64,000 nt of DNA from Promethearchaeota archaeon (GCA_016839745.1 JAEOTS010000141.1:2138-66137), one strand, 5' to 3'; counted from the first letter of the stretch, positions 1 through 9,248 are shown. Notes: generated by a model from the sequence alone, not told the origin. A program made the numbers and translations.

Positions 1-843
1 TGTTTCCTTCGAACTTAGTACATCTTTTGGGATGAATTTTGTGCTGTATATAACCATACTAAATGAAATTCCAGTCAAAAATGCACCTAATGGAAAGATA
101 TATAGTTTTGAAAGTCTAAAAAAGGAAATGTTATCGTGAGTCATTGAATTGAAAATGGAAACTTTTAGGTTTGACTTTTTTTGAGATGTGGGTATTTTTT
201 TTATAAATCTAAGGCGGATTATGTCATTGAAATCTCTAAGAATAAAAAAACCACCAAAAAATAAGAAAAAATAAAGAAGGATCATTATTATCGCTAAATA
301 TACTTTAAATTCCTTTAAAAAAATATCAAACTGGATTGCATATGTACGGAATGCAAAAAACAGTATACCTAATCCGACTAAGATTAGACCAAATAATCCC
401 TCGTGCATATGGTATTTACCAATAAAGTTTCCTTCAAATTTTGAAGTAAATTTCTTGATGTAATAAACAATTAAAATCAATAAACCAGGTGAAACGATAG
501 ATGTTGATATAAACAATACAATTTCTAAAAAATCATCACTCGTGTTTGAAAGTAAATTTAAATCAAGGATAGAGTCGAAATGAGAAACATTCCACGCAGT
601 TATCCCAAAAATAATAAGAATAAGATACAATTTTTTAAAGTGGCTGATTTTGATTATTAATACTAAGATAAAAAAGAAAATGTTTAACAATATAAGCGTT
701 GTAGCTCGCATGACAGTTAATTCATACGAATACCACTCAAACAATTGCTTATTAAGCAAATAATCTGTTAAAGAGAAGTAAACTAAGAGAGATAAAGTGA
801 AGATAATTACGATTTTAGTTAGAATCAAATAACTTCTTTTCAT
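1..843 (-). CDS. polytopic membrane protein, C-terminal part cut by window edge
   Basis: Not in the ORF track. Manual reverse-strand translation from ATG (843-841) gives MKRSYLILTKIVIIFTLSLLV... and stays open for all 281 codons to position 1. It contains several long hydrophobic segments. Confidence 0.6.
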   Translation of the reverse strand, partial: MKRSYLILTKIVIIFTLSLLVYFSLTDYLLNKQLFEWYSYELTVMRATTLILLNIFFFILVLIIKISHFKKLYLILIIFGITAWNVSHFDSILDLNLLSNTSDDFLEIVLFISTSIVSPGLLILIVYYIKKFTSKFEGNFIGKYHMHEGLFGLILVGLGILFFAFRTYAIQFDIFLKEFKVYLAIIMILLYFFLFFGGFFILRDFNDIIRLRFIKKIPTSQKKSNLKVSIFNSMTHDNISFFRLSKLYIFPLGAFLTGISFSMVIYSTKFIPKDVLSSKET

Positions 844-905
844 TAAATTCTATAAAATAAAATATTATTTATACTGAATTAGTTTTAAGTTTGAATTCAA
901 ATAAA

Positions 906-1760
906 TTAAATTTTTAAAAGTTTTTTGGCATTTTTATATAAAATGGCTTCCTTAAATCCTTCTGAAATGGGTAAATTTAGCGTAGCAGGTACTATTTTAT
1001 TCCAGTGAACTAAGGGATGATCAGATGCAAATAAAAGTTTGTGTTCGATATTATATTTTACATAAGCCTCCCAAGGATAATATTCGTAAAGGTCTGGATG
1101 AGCTGAAATGTCAGCGTATACATTGGGATGTCTCAATACTACAGAATAGGTATCCCAGAACCAAGGAACTCCCATATGCCCAATTATAATTACCAAATCT
1201 TCATTTCGTGATGCTACTTCGTCAATTAACAGAGGATGTCCATACTTCGCTATAGCTCCACCAGTGCTAACTTGGTGTCCACCATGTGTCCATAGGGGTA
1301 TATTATAATCAACCAATTTTCTCCACAAAGAATCGAATTTTCTATCTGAAATATCAAATTTCTGGGCAGGGGGTACAAGTTTGACACCTTTTAATCCCAA
1401 AGACGAGATCGCGTAATCTAACTGATCAATAGCATCTAAAGCGGGAGGATCAATCCCTGCGAATCCAATAAACCTATTTGGGTGCAATTTTACCAGATTA
1501 GCTACATCCTCGTTCGTGACAAGAGTTATTCCATAAGCGGTTTGAATATTAAAACTCACAATTACTGATTTCTCTATCCCAAATTTATCCATTAAATCAA
1601 TGTAGTTATCAATGGAGATACTTTCCTTTAAATCTCTAAAAGCTCTGTACATGTATTTTTCTTTGTTAGGATCGAGTCCGTACATTGCTTTGCAAATTTT
1701 TTTAGGATCATCCCAACTAACTTCTTTACATAAAGGATGTACGTGTATGTCAATAATCAA
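906..1760 (-). CDS. amidohydrolase-family (TIM-barrel metal-dependent) hydrolase
   Basis: N-terminus (M)IIDIHVHP is the metal-binding HxH signature. Further His/Asp positions (GHMG, ASDHP) fit the family. TTG start 8 nt after GAGGGGA. Confidence 0.7.
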   Translation of the reverse strand: MIIDIHVHPLCKEVSWDDPKKICKAMYGLDPNKEKYMYRAFRDLKESISIDNYIDLMDKFGIEKSVIVSFNIQTAYGITLVTNEDVANLVKLHPNRFIGFAGIDPPALDAIDQLDYAISSLGLKGVKLVPPAQKFDISDRKFDSLWRKLVDYNIPLWTHGGHQVSTGGAIAKYGHPLLIDEVASRNEDLVIIIGHMGVPWFWDTYSVVLRHPNVYADISAHPDLYEYYPWEAYVKYNIEHKLLFASDHPLVHWNKIVPATLNLPISEGFKEAILYKNAKKLLKI

Positions 1761-1786
1761 TCTTCTTATCCCCTCTCAATTAATCG

Positions 1787-3118
1787 TTATAAAAAATTAT
1801 CTATTGTTCTTTGAGTTTTAATGAAATTTATTAATTTGCTGCTCTGCTTCCAATATTTATAGCTCACCATGAATCCTTCCGCCATTTTTTTAGTTGAATC
1901 GTCAAAATTATCAAGTATGAGAGGGTTACCTAGTTCCATTGCATTTTTTACCGTTTCTCTGATAACCCAAACACCTAAAGGAACCACATAACCTCCTTGC
2001 ACTTCCCGAAAGATTAGAACTCTTGCTTGCCTTCCGATTTTAAACAAATACTCGCAGACTTCTTTTCGAGCAGCATAGTAAGCACCTGTGATATTACTCG
2101 CGTAATTTTTTCTACCTTTATAAAATTCAAAATCAGTCATTATTTGAGGTTTTAAACTACGGTTGTCTCCATTGAGTGAAATATTCCAAAGAGTATTAGG
2201 CGCCCAAACTTCGTTCATTTCGTAAGTAAATTTGCCTGGAAAAAGAAGAATTTTAAAATGGTTGTCAAGATAAGTGTTTTCGAATATTTGATAATTATCA
2301 ATTTCTGGAAATCTCTTTATTTCTTTGATGAGCGCTTTAGATATAATATCGTCAACTGCAGTAATACTCCATCGTGTTGGAACAATTCTCCGCCTTGTTT
2401 TTTGACCTAATAACCCTGCTGAAAAAACTCTCTTTATTGTTGATTCTGGAACTTGTCCTTTAAAGTAGAGATATTTTGAAACTGCTTCGGTCGCATTTAA
2501 ATCTGTATCAGAAACGACATAATCTACTTTTGGATGAACTTTTGTATTTTCTGTAATCCGAATTTTCTCAGTCATACCCGTAGGTCCCATTGGTAACGCG
2601 TGATTATCCATCATCATTCTGAGACTCATTTTTTCTAACTTCGTCTCAGTATCTACGGGGCGGGCAGCCATCGATAACTCTTGTGAAGTCTCCAATAGTT
2701 TTTGAAGCTTTAAAGGTGGGGTGTTTTTCCGACTCTTTTTTCCAATATTAACATCAATTTTAAAATTATTTCGCACTAAACTACTTCTATACTTAACAAT
2801 GTCAACTAAGCTCTTTCCGAACCACAACTCAGGAGCATCTAAAATGTGATAATCAGAGACATTAAGGTTTATTTCAAATTCTTGGAAGGGAACCAACGGA
2901 CCAAGGTAAACTTTTGGATAATTAAAATGACCGACGAAAAACCCAGGAGGGCTAGGTCCAAATAGCTCAACATCCCGAAGAGTTTTATCGAATTCAAATG
3001 GAACAAGAGATTTCAAAACAGATTTTTTTAATAAGATTGGACAAGTTTTTTTGCCACATAATAATCTCGCTCCTTTACACCGTAAGCAGATGCCTTTTTC
3101 TGTTTGAGGGCGTACCAA
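1787..3118 (-). CDS. archaeal Nre-family DNA repair protein (DUF650/DUF651-like)
   Basis: N-terminal CLRCKGARLLCGKKTCP cysteine cluster typical of Nre. The extreme C-terminus QRTIDNFL fits a PIP box (QxxIxxF[FL]). Confidence 0.6.
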   Translation of the reverse strand: MVRPQTEKGICLRCKGARLLCGKKTCPILLKKSVLKSLVPFEFDKTLRDVELFGPSPPGFFVGHFNYPKVYLGPLVPFQEFEINLNVSDYHILDAPELWFGKSLVDIVKYRSSLVRNNFKIDVNIGKKSRKNTPPLKLQKLLETSQELSMAARPVDTETKLEKMSLRMMMDNHALPMGPTGMTEKIRITENTKVHPKVDYVVSDTDLNATEAVSKYLYFKGQVPESTIKRVFSAGLLGQKTRRRIVPTRWSITAVDDIISKALIKEIKRFPEIDNYQIFENTYLDNHFKILLFPGKFTYEMNEVWAPNTLWNISLNGDNRSLKPQIMTDFEFYKGRKNYASNITGAYYAARKEVCEYLFKIGRQARVLIFREVQGGYVVPLGVWVIRETVKNAMELGNPLILDNFDDSTKKMAEGFMVSYKYWKQSSKLINFIKTQRTIDNFL

Positions 3119-3190
3119 TCTTATGTCTCTTTAAGAGTTATTCTATTAATTAAAAAAGATTCTATTATTATTAAAAAGGTAGACGAGTAT

Positions 3191-3230
3191 AAATTTTTAA
3201 TATTTATAGAAAAAATAATATAAATTTTTT
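3191..3230 (+). repeat. 40-nt AT-rich conserved intergenic element, copy A (TATA-like inverted repeat)
   Basis: aaatttttaatatttatagaaaaaataatataaatttttt matches 12696-12735 with 3 mismatches by my hand alignment. It contains ATTTATA ... TATAAAT inverted arms. Confidence 0.6.
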
Positions 3231-3367
3231 TTGGTATTGATGTACGTATACTTTTAAATTCTATAACTATTAATAATCAATTGGAAAGTCTTTTCATTTT
3301 TTAATCTTATTTTTTGTTAGGGGTTGGAGTGTCTTTTCCCCTCTTCCTTTATTTTTTTAATAATGAA

Positions 3368-5113
3368 TTAAATCTCATAACCACACAGCTTACAAATGTG
3401 TTTCTTAGCGTATATAGGTACTATAGATATATAATATAGGATTTTTGATTTATCTTCAAATTTCTTAATATTTTTTTTGCCATGTGCTCCGCACATTGGA
3501 CATGTGATGTCATCCCATCTTTCTTTATATTTTCCTTTCTTACCCTTAATTATTTTTGCTTTCAAATTCCTAAATTGATTTCTCTTTTCAAGAAAATCAG
3601 ACAGAGATTCTTTAATAAGGTTGAAATTTCCATTTTCTATATATTCAAAGTTACATTTTATAAAACTACGGACATTCATCTTATCTGATTTGTCCATTTT
3701 TTCTTGGTTAATGTTATAAATAGAAAACAATTTTTTAAAAATAAAGGCAATTTCTCTTAAGAACGAACTTGGATTTGATAATATTCCGATTACAACATAA
3801 GTTAAACCATCTTTTTCTAACGAGAAGCATTTAGGAAGAGAAAGTGGATGTTCCCAACTATTAGGAAAATTACATTTTTCAATATAGGGAGCGTAGAGCT
3901 CTAAGATTTTTTGATCGAGATTTCCCTCTAAAAATCTTTCAACAATATAATCTACTCTGTTTTCGCCTTCTAGATAATTAAGGTCAACGTTTGAATATAT
4001 CTGCTCCTTTCCATTAAGAATTATTCCTAAATAATCAATCCATCGCGCCTTAAATCGTTTACTTAATTCAGTATCCTTTCGATGTCGACGATCTATTGGA
4101 TTATACGTTCGAATTTCAATACAATCTTCATAGTGAATATATCGTAACGGAAAATTACATGTTGGACAATAAGAAAGATCTCTTACCTTCGTTCGATTTT
4201 TTTGTAATATCTCTAAAAAATCAATACCAACCGTATTTCCACATTGTTCGCAAGTCGTATTTTCTTTTCCATTTGATAACTTTAGGATAGCATTTGATAA
4301 AATTGCGTGTATTTTTTCTCGATACACAGGATTGGACGCATCAATACCGTAAAATTTTATTCCGCGATCTGATACAATCTTCTCGCAAAATGCAGGAGTG
4401 AGCTTATTAGGCATATCTTGACAGTTTGCGATTCCAATTACCGTTTTATTTTTAGGTATAGAAAACATTTCAATATAACGAATTCTATTTATATCTGCTA
4501 AAGTTGAATTTGTAACTATTATCAATATATCCGATTTCTCTAACACCCGTTCATATACGGATCGAAAACTTTCTGTTCCTATAACCCATAGATTAATAGA
4601 ACGAGTTATCCCATTATATAGTGGTATATCAACATCGGAACGCAACGTGGGAATATATTCAGATTCAATATCGTTTCCACAAATTAAAAGTAATAAAGCT
4701 GTGCTTCCATATCCAATTAACGAAACATTAATTCCATCCAAAATTATGTCATCAATGACATTTTTAAAATCGTCGAATGGTGCTCGATTTTCTCCCCAAA
4801 TCTCGTCGTAGAGGGATTGCTCGTACTTTTCAATAAATTTTGTCCTTATGCTCAAAATTTGCGATTTAATGTGAGAATCGTCATCATCTAAATCCGAACA
4901 AACAACAATAATGATATTATTAATTACACTGTAGAAATACTTAAACTTCTCTGTTTGCGTAAGTCTGATCTCACTTTGGCTATTTTTTTCCTTGAACTCT
5001 AAAAACGAACTTAAGAAATCAGTTAATAAGTCTCTATCTATGTCAATAGTTCCGTATTCTCTAAACAGTAACGATTTTCCATTTTTTGTAAGAATATTTA
5101 CGTACTGAATCAA
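3368..5113 (-). CDS. longin-like domain + Arf/SR-beta-like pseudoGTPase + two Cys4 zinc ribbons
   Basis: The N-terminal ~115 aa have a beta-beta-alpha-beta-beta-alpha pattern (longin-like). The central domain aligns to Arf, but G1 is IGYGSTAL (no GK[ST]), G3 is WVIGTE (for WDxGGQ) and G4 is NCQD (for NKQD). CEQCG...CPTC and CPMCG...CKLCG are zinc ribbons. Confidence 0.6.
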   Translation of the reverse strand: MIQYVNILTKNGKSLLFREYGTIDIDRDLLTDFLSSFLEFKEKNSQSEIRLTQTEKFKYFYSVINNIIIVVCSDLDDDDSHIKSQILSIRTKFIEKYEQSLYDEIWGENRAPFDDFKNVIDDIILDGINVSLIGYGSTALLLLICGNDIESEYIPTLRSDVDIPLYNGITRSINLWVIGTESFRSVYERVLEKSDILIIVTNSTLADINRIRYIEMFSIPKNKTVIGIANCQDMPNKLTPAFCEKIVSDRGIKFYGIDASNPVYREKIHAILSNAILKLSNGKENTTCEQCGNTVGIDFLEILQKNRTKVRDLSYCPTCNFPLRYIHYEDCIEIRTYNPIDRRHRKDTELSKRFKARWIDYLGIILNGKEQIYSNVDLNYLEGENRVDYIVERFLEGNLDQKILELYAPYIEKCNFPNSWEHPLSLPKCFSLEKDGLTYVVIGILSNPSSFLREIAFIFKKLFSIYNINQEKMDKSDKMNVRSFIKCNFEYIENGNFNLIKESLSDFLEKRNQFRNLKAKIIKGKKGKYKERWDDITCPMCGAHGKKNIKKFEDKSKILYYISIVPIYAKKHICKLCGYEI

Positions 5114-5375
5114 CTTTTACACTTAAGGAAGTTTTTTTACTAAAAGGATCAAATATTAAATAATCACTCACGATTTTAAATACGTTTCTTTTCGTTTCTT
5201 CTTAAAAATACAAACATAGGTAAAATTGTTATTATAATAAACTAGTTACATGCGATTTTTAAGAATAAAATTGCGTAGTTTTTTATGAAATAGCATCATT
5301 ATTCTTCTTTGAGCTAGAATAAAAGGCAACAAATTTGTAGAAATTGATAAGAAAGCGCATAGGATCGATAATTAT

Positions 5376-7607
5376 ATGTTTAATTACGAGAGAAAAAGCG
5401 GAATTGATCTCGAGTATAAAATAAATAAACGCATTACCCTTAAGTTGGAGAATGGGATCACGTATATCTACATAAATGGCATTAAGTTCATTCAATGTAT
5501 GCGATTAACAATAGATATACCGAAAGAAGATATACACTTATATGATGAAGTTGATTCTATAGATGAGGCAGCCAAGTTGTATAGTAAGCATGTATATCAA
5601 AATAGAATCGTAACAGATCCTATGGCGGCTCCTGTGCATGGATTAAGGCATGACATAACTCCCGAACAGGAATTTTGGGGACATTGCTCAAACATTGAGG
5701 CTTGGGTTGAGAACGATTACGATACGAGAATATTAATGAGCAATATATCATTTCCTTTGTTAAGAGAATTGGCTCAAAATGGAGATTTATTGGCCAATAG
5801 AGTCTTCAAAGAAGAAATTGCCCTAAGACTCGAGAGTGGGTATCCTTCAGTTGTTCATTATCTCCTTGAACAAGATTTTTTGAGATTTTTTACTCCTTGT
5901 GAGTTTAAAACGATAATAGAGACCACAAAACTAGTAGAAAACCTCGTGCTTAATCAGAGTTTGTTTATGAAATTTCTAATCTATTCTACTAAGTTATTTC
6001 CAAATCAAATTAAACACATCATATTAAAATTAATATTGCTCCCTAATGGAGAAAACATTCTGATGTCTTTTCTGGCAGAAACCTCAAAAAATTATTATTA
6101 CGGAATAGATGGCAAGTTTTTTAATTCAATTATAGACGATTTGAAAGGAATGTCAAATCAGATTAGTATTGAGCATAGAAAACCTTTTAAGAAAGCTATT
6201 TTAAAAATCGAAGAGTATCTTTCTGAAGAAGACGAGAAGATGAGAAATAAATCAATTAAAGATTTTTATAAGATTATTGTACTTGGGGACCCTGCTGTAG
6301 GGAAAACCGAGCTTCTCGCGAAATTTTCATCACAATTTGAGGAGAAATATTTAAGAACCGTTGGTGTCTCAATTAAAAAATGGTCCATTGAACTGAAAGA
6401 TTATAACGCCACGGTAAATTTGATGTTTTGGAATATCGCAGGACAACCGCAATTTTATATGCTTCATCGCCCATATTTCAAAGACGCAGATGGAATTCTC
6501 CTAGTATTTGATCTTACACGTTCAAATACGTTTAGTAACATTAATAATTGGTATAGCTCAGCTGTTAAATATGGATTAAGTGGAATACCGAGAATATTAG
6601 TAGGAAATAATCTTCATTTAAAAAACGAGAGGAAAATAATACTACCAATGGGAGAACATCTAAGTGATAAATTAAACGCCCCTTATTATGAAACTTCAAC
6701 TCTTACTGGAGAAAATATTAAAGAAGTGTTCGAAAAAATCGCAGAGTTGGTATATTTAGCTCCAGAACGGAATAAAACTTTAAAAAATGAACCTATTTCC
6801 TCCAAAAATAACGAAAAAATATCTAATGATAATAACAGATTGGAAAAACCGTTAGATTGGAAAAGCAAATTAATTTTACTTAAAGAGATACAACCCTCCT
6901 CTGAGGGTAGTGCCACGGAGAAAGAGGGTGAAATCCCAATAGAAATAGATGAGAGAGAAAAACGAGCTTTAGAAACTGTTTTTAGACAATTTAAAGGTTC
7001 AAATCTAGGAAAATCTCAATCTAAGCTTATGAGTTCATTAGAAACGAGAGATCTAGTAGTTTTAACATGTAAATATAAGTTACAAACAGTATTTTTTTGG
7101 TTTTTTGGATTGTTGTTTCTTTTTTTGTGTATTACTCTTCTTTTTGGTCTTGTGTTGTTTATATTTGGTGGATTTGGACCATCGGGTGGAGTAACGATGG
7201 TAATGATTGTTTTGCTATTTCCTTTATCCTTTGGAACTAGTATTTGGTTGATTAGGTACGCACTCACTTTAAAACATTTCTTTATAGTATTACACTATCG
7301 AGGAATTTACTACAAAAAAATCGGTGAACCAAAATTCATAGCGTGGGGTGATATAGCTTGGATGCTAGGTTACACGAAGTATTTTAAAGGACAGCCAACC
7401 AAAGGAAGGGTTGTTAAAATTTATTTGAAATCTAAAAACAAAGTGCGCTTTTACTCAGGTGATTATATCTATAAAGATAAGTTTTTTGAGTTTGATGATG
7501 TTTTTATTTCATATAAATTTAGACGGTGTCCCTTTTATTCAAGGGATCATAACTCATCTGAAGTAAGTCCAATAGGATCCCGCGGGAATCCTTTAGGGTA
7601 CTTTTAA
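5376..7607 (+). CDS. multidomain Rab/Ras-like small GTPase: N-terminal helical-repeat region, GTPase, TM segments, C-terminal membrane-flanked domain
   Basis: G1 is GDPAVGKTELL and G3 is WNIAGQ. The G4 position reads GNNLHL instead of NKxD. The hydrophobic block FFWFFGLLFLFLCITLLFGLVLFIFGG...VMIVLLFPLSF follows the GTPase. Confidence 0.7.
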   Translation: MFNYERKSGIDLEYKINKRITLKLENGITYIYINGIKFIQCMRLTIDIPKEDIHLYDEVDSIDEAAKLYSKHVYQNRIVTDPMAAPVHGLRHDITPEQEFWGHCSNIEAWVENDYDTRILMSNISFPLLRELAQNGDLLANRVFKEEIALRLESGYPSVVHYLLEQDFLRFFTPCEFKTIIETTKLVENLVLNQSLFMKFLIYSTKLFPNQIKHIILKLILLPNGENILMSFLAETSKNYYYGIDGKFFNSIIDDLKGMSNQISIEHRKPFKKAILKIEEYLSEEDEKMRNKSIKDFYKIIVLGDPAVGKTELLAKFSSQFEEKYLRTVGVSIKKWSIELKDYNATVNLMFWNIAGQPQFYMLHRPYFKDADGILLVFDLTRSNTFSNINNWYSSAVKYGLSGIPRILVGNNLHLKNERKIILPMGEHLSDKLNAPYYETSTLTGENIKEVFEKIAELVYLAPERNKTLKNEPISSKNNEKISNDNNRLEKPLDWKSKLILLKEIQPSSEGSATEKEGEIPIEIDEREKRALETVFRQFKGSNLGKSQSKLMSSLETRDLVVLTCKYKLQTVFFWFFGLLFLFLCITLLFGLVLFIFGGFGPSGGVTMVMIVLLFPLSFGTSIWLIRYALTLKHFFIVLHYRGIYYKKIGEPKFIAWGDIAWMLGYTKYFKGQPTKGRVVKIYLKSKNKVRFYSGDYIYKDKFFEFDDVFISYKFRRCPFYSRDHNSSEVSPIGSRGNPLGYF

Positions 7608-7770
7608 ATCTATATCTTAATGTCCTGAATCGATATGTAGAGAGATTTCTATAGATTTATTCCCATTCAGTATTTTTAATTGTTCGCATTCCATGTTTAA
7701 GACCTAAAAGACATATCATCGTTATTATACGTAAGCGTAAAAGCTTAAGTAGAAAAACAGTAATTAGTAT

Positions 7771-7850
7771 TGGCGCTTCGCTTAGAGCGTGGCTTGGCGT
7801 CCTACTGCCCCTTCGGAGCGGACGCACCCGAGTCGCCACGGTGGGATTGT
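7771..7850. ncRNA. candidate structured small RNA (GC-rich island), class unknown
   Basis: About 52 of 77 nt are G+C by my count, in a ~30% GC background. Nested complementary segments are GTGGC(7789-93)/GCCAC(7835-39) and GCGTCC(7797-7802)/GGACGC(7820-25), plus an apical 5-bp helix. The helix has one C-A mismatch on the + strand that becomes a G-U wobble on the - strand. Confidence 0.45.
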
Positions 7851-7992
7851 ATTAACTGAGGTGACTGTCAAAATATCATTTTCAGAATTGTTTTACTCCT
7901 GAGATTGCGAATAATTAATAATTTGATAAGATTTAAATACCTAAATATTGTTTGATATGTAAACATAATAGCGCATATGAATAAGGTGCAAG

Positions 7993-8493
7993 ATGAATCT
8001 ATCTGAGTGGAAAAAGGAGGTACCGCTTATTTTTAAAAAGGTTAAAGATGACGTGCAACAGGTTTTTGATCAACATCGAAAGGGATTAACTTTAGGATTA
8101 GTTGATATGGGTATGTTCCGTGGAGGATTTATAGGTGGGATGCACTTTCAACCTGGAACAGAGATTGTTATGAATATAAGTCCGCTAAGAATCATCCTCA
8201 AAACTCAAACATATGAGATTGTCTGGGCTTATACATATCATATCCTTCTCAACTTATATCTTGAATCATTAGGCTTGATTGATGAGCAAGTTTGTAGAGA
8301 AGCGACCCTAAAAGTAAGTAAGGAAATTTATAAAGAACCAGATCATCCCGCAATACTTATGGCAACAAACGGGATTGAAACTGTTGTTCCAGATCTAAAA
8401 ATAACATACATTCCTCCTGATCGAAAGCCTGATGGGATGCCTATTGAATACATCAGAGAGTTCGATGAAGAATACGAAAATTACTATTCATAA
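7993..8493 (+). CDS. hypothetical protein
   Basis: 166-aa ORF in a 5' intergenic context. No motif recognised. Confidence 0.5.
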   Translation: MNLSEWKKEVPLIFKKVKDDVQQVFDQHRKGLTLGLVDMGMFRGGFIGGMHFQPGTEIVMNISPLRIILKTQTYEIVWAYTYHILLNLYLESLGLIDEQVCREATLKVSKEIYKEPDHPAILMATNGIETVVPDLKITYIPPDRKPDGMPIEYIREFDEEYENYYS

Positions 8494-8522
8494 ATTTTAA
8501 CTTTAGGACTTTTAGTAACTAT

Positions 8523-9248
8523 TTAAACCTTTTTTGGCTTCTTTTTACAGGAATGAGTAAATTGATCATCTTGAGTAAGGAACTTCCCGCAATACTGGCA
8601 ATTAACTTCAACTTCGGTTACTTCTTCTTTTAAGGGAGTACGAATCTGTGATTGAGGTGCCGGTTCGAAATCATCAGGGGGTCTCGGATGAGTGAAAATG
8701 TATGGATATATAAAATGATCGTCGTCATCATCATCCTTGGGTAAGAGCTTCCTTTTTTTACCAACAGTGCGTTTAAGAAATTCTATTGCTAATATTTTAC
8801 CATTCTCAGATAGTATTCTAGGAGAATAATCTTCAGCAAAAAATACACCCTCTGGAATTGCTCCAACTCTAGAAATCTCCTTAGTAACTTCCTTCTTTCC
8901 AAGAAAATTTTGCACTTTCTCGACGACAGAGTATGCGTGATCACCAATAATTATTAGTTCTCGTTCAAAACCATCAGGTATTTTAATTTCTTCTAATTTT
9001 TGCATTATCAAGTCAAAATTAGCATGAGTTTCTTCCTGAACGAGTGTTAAAAACTTTTCTTCCCATTTGGTAATAGCTTGTTTTACTAAGGCTTGTATAG
9101 TTTTCATTATTTGTTGTGGATTAATATTTGGAATTGCTACTATCCTTAATACCCAATCTACGATAAGATTTTGATTAGGAAAAACAGACCCACTCAAATC
9201 TTCATCCTTAAAAATGTAAGAATTTATTAAGGTATTCCCCTTTAGCAA
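8523..9248 (-). CDS. protein with C-terminal Pro-rich + C2HC zinc-knuckle + KKKPKK tail (frame open upstream to 9353)
   Basis: The C-terminus YPYIFTHPRPPDDF...CQYCGKFLTQDDQFTHSCKKKPKKV is paralogous to the tail of 9370-10677. The track start is TTG, and the in-frame upstream sequence reads like an HTH segment. Confidence 0.6.
   Translation of the reverse strand: MLKGNTLINSYIFKDEDLSGSVFPNQNLIVDWVLRIVAIPNINPQQIMKTIQALVKQAITKWEEKFLTLVQEETHANFDLIMQKLEEIKIPDGFERELIIIGDHAYSVVEKVQNFLGKKEVTKEISRVGAIPEGVFFAEDYSPRILSENGKILAIEFLKRTVGKKRKLLPKDDDDDDHFIYPYIFTHPRPPDDFEPAPQSQIRTPLKEEVTEVEVNCQYCGKFLTQDDQFTHSCKKKPKKV

Noticed and set aside
7657-7839. 60-aa ORF (MATRVRPLRRGSRTPSH...) on the minus strand.
   Set aside because: It overlaps the GC-rich island. 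Its Arg/Pro/Ser/Leu-rich composition is what GC-rich non-coding sequence yields when translated. It has no start context or motif, so it is treated as spurious in favour of an RNA interpretation.
7771-7850. The GC-rich island as a tRNA (including tRNA-Sec), 5S rRNA, or C/D or H/ACA guide RNA.
   Set aside because: On either strand I could not build an acceptor stem plus T-arm (no GTTCGAATC-like loop). There is no UCA anticodon loop. The 5S-type CCGAAC/GGGAGAGTAGG strings are absent. There are no RUGAUGA/CUGA boxes and no ACA box after the basal stem.
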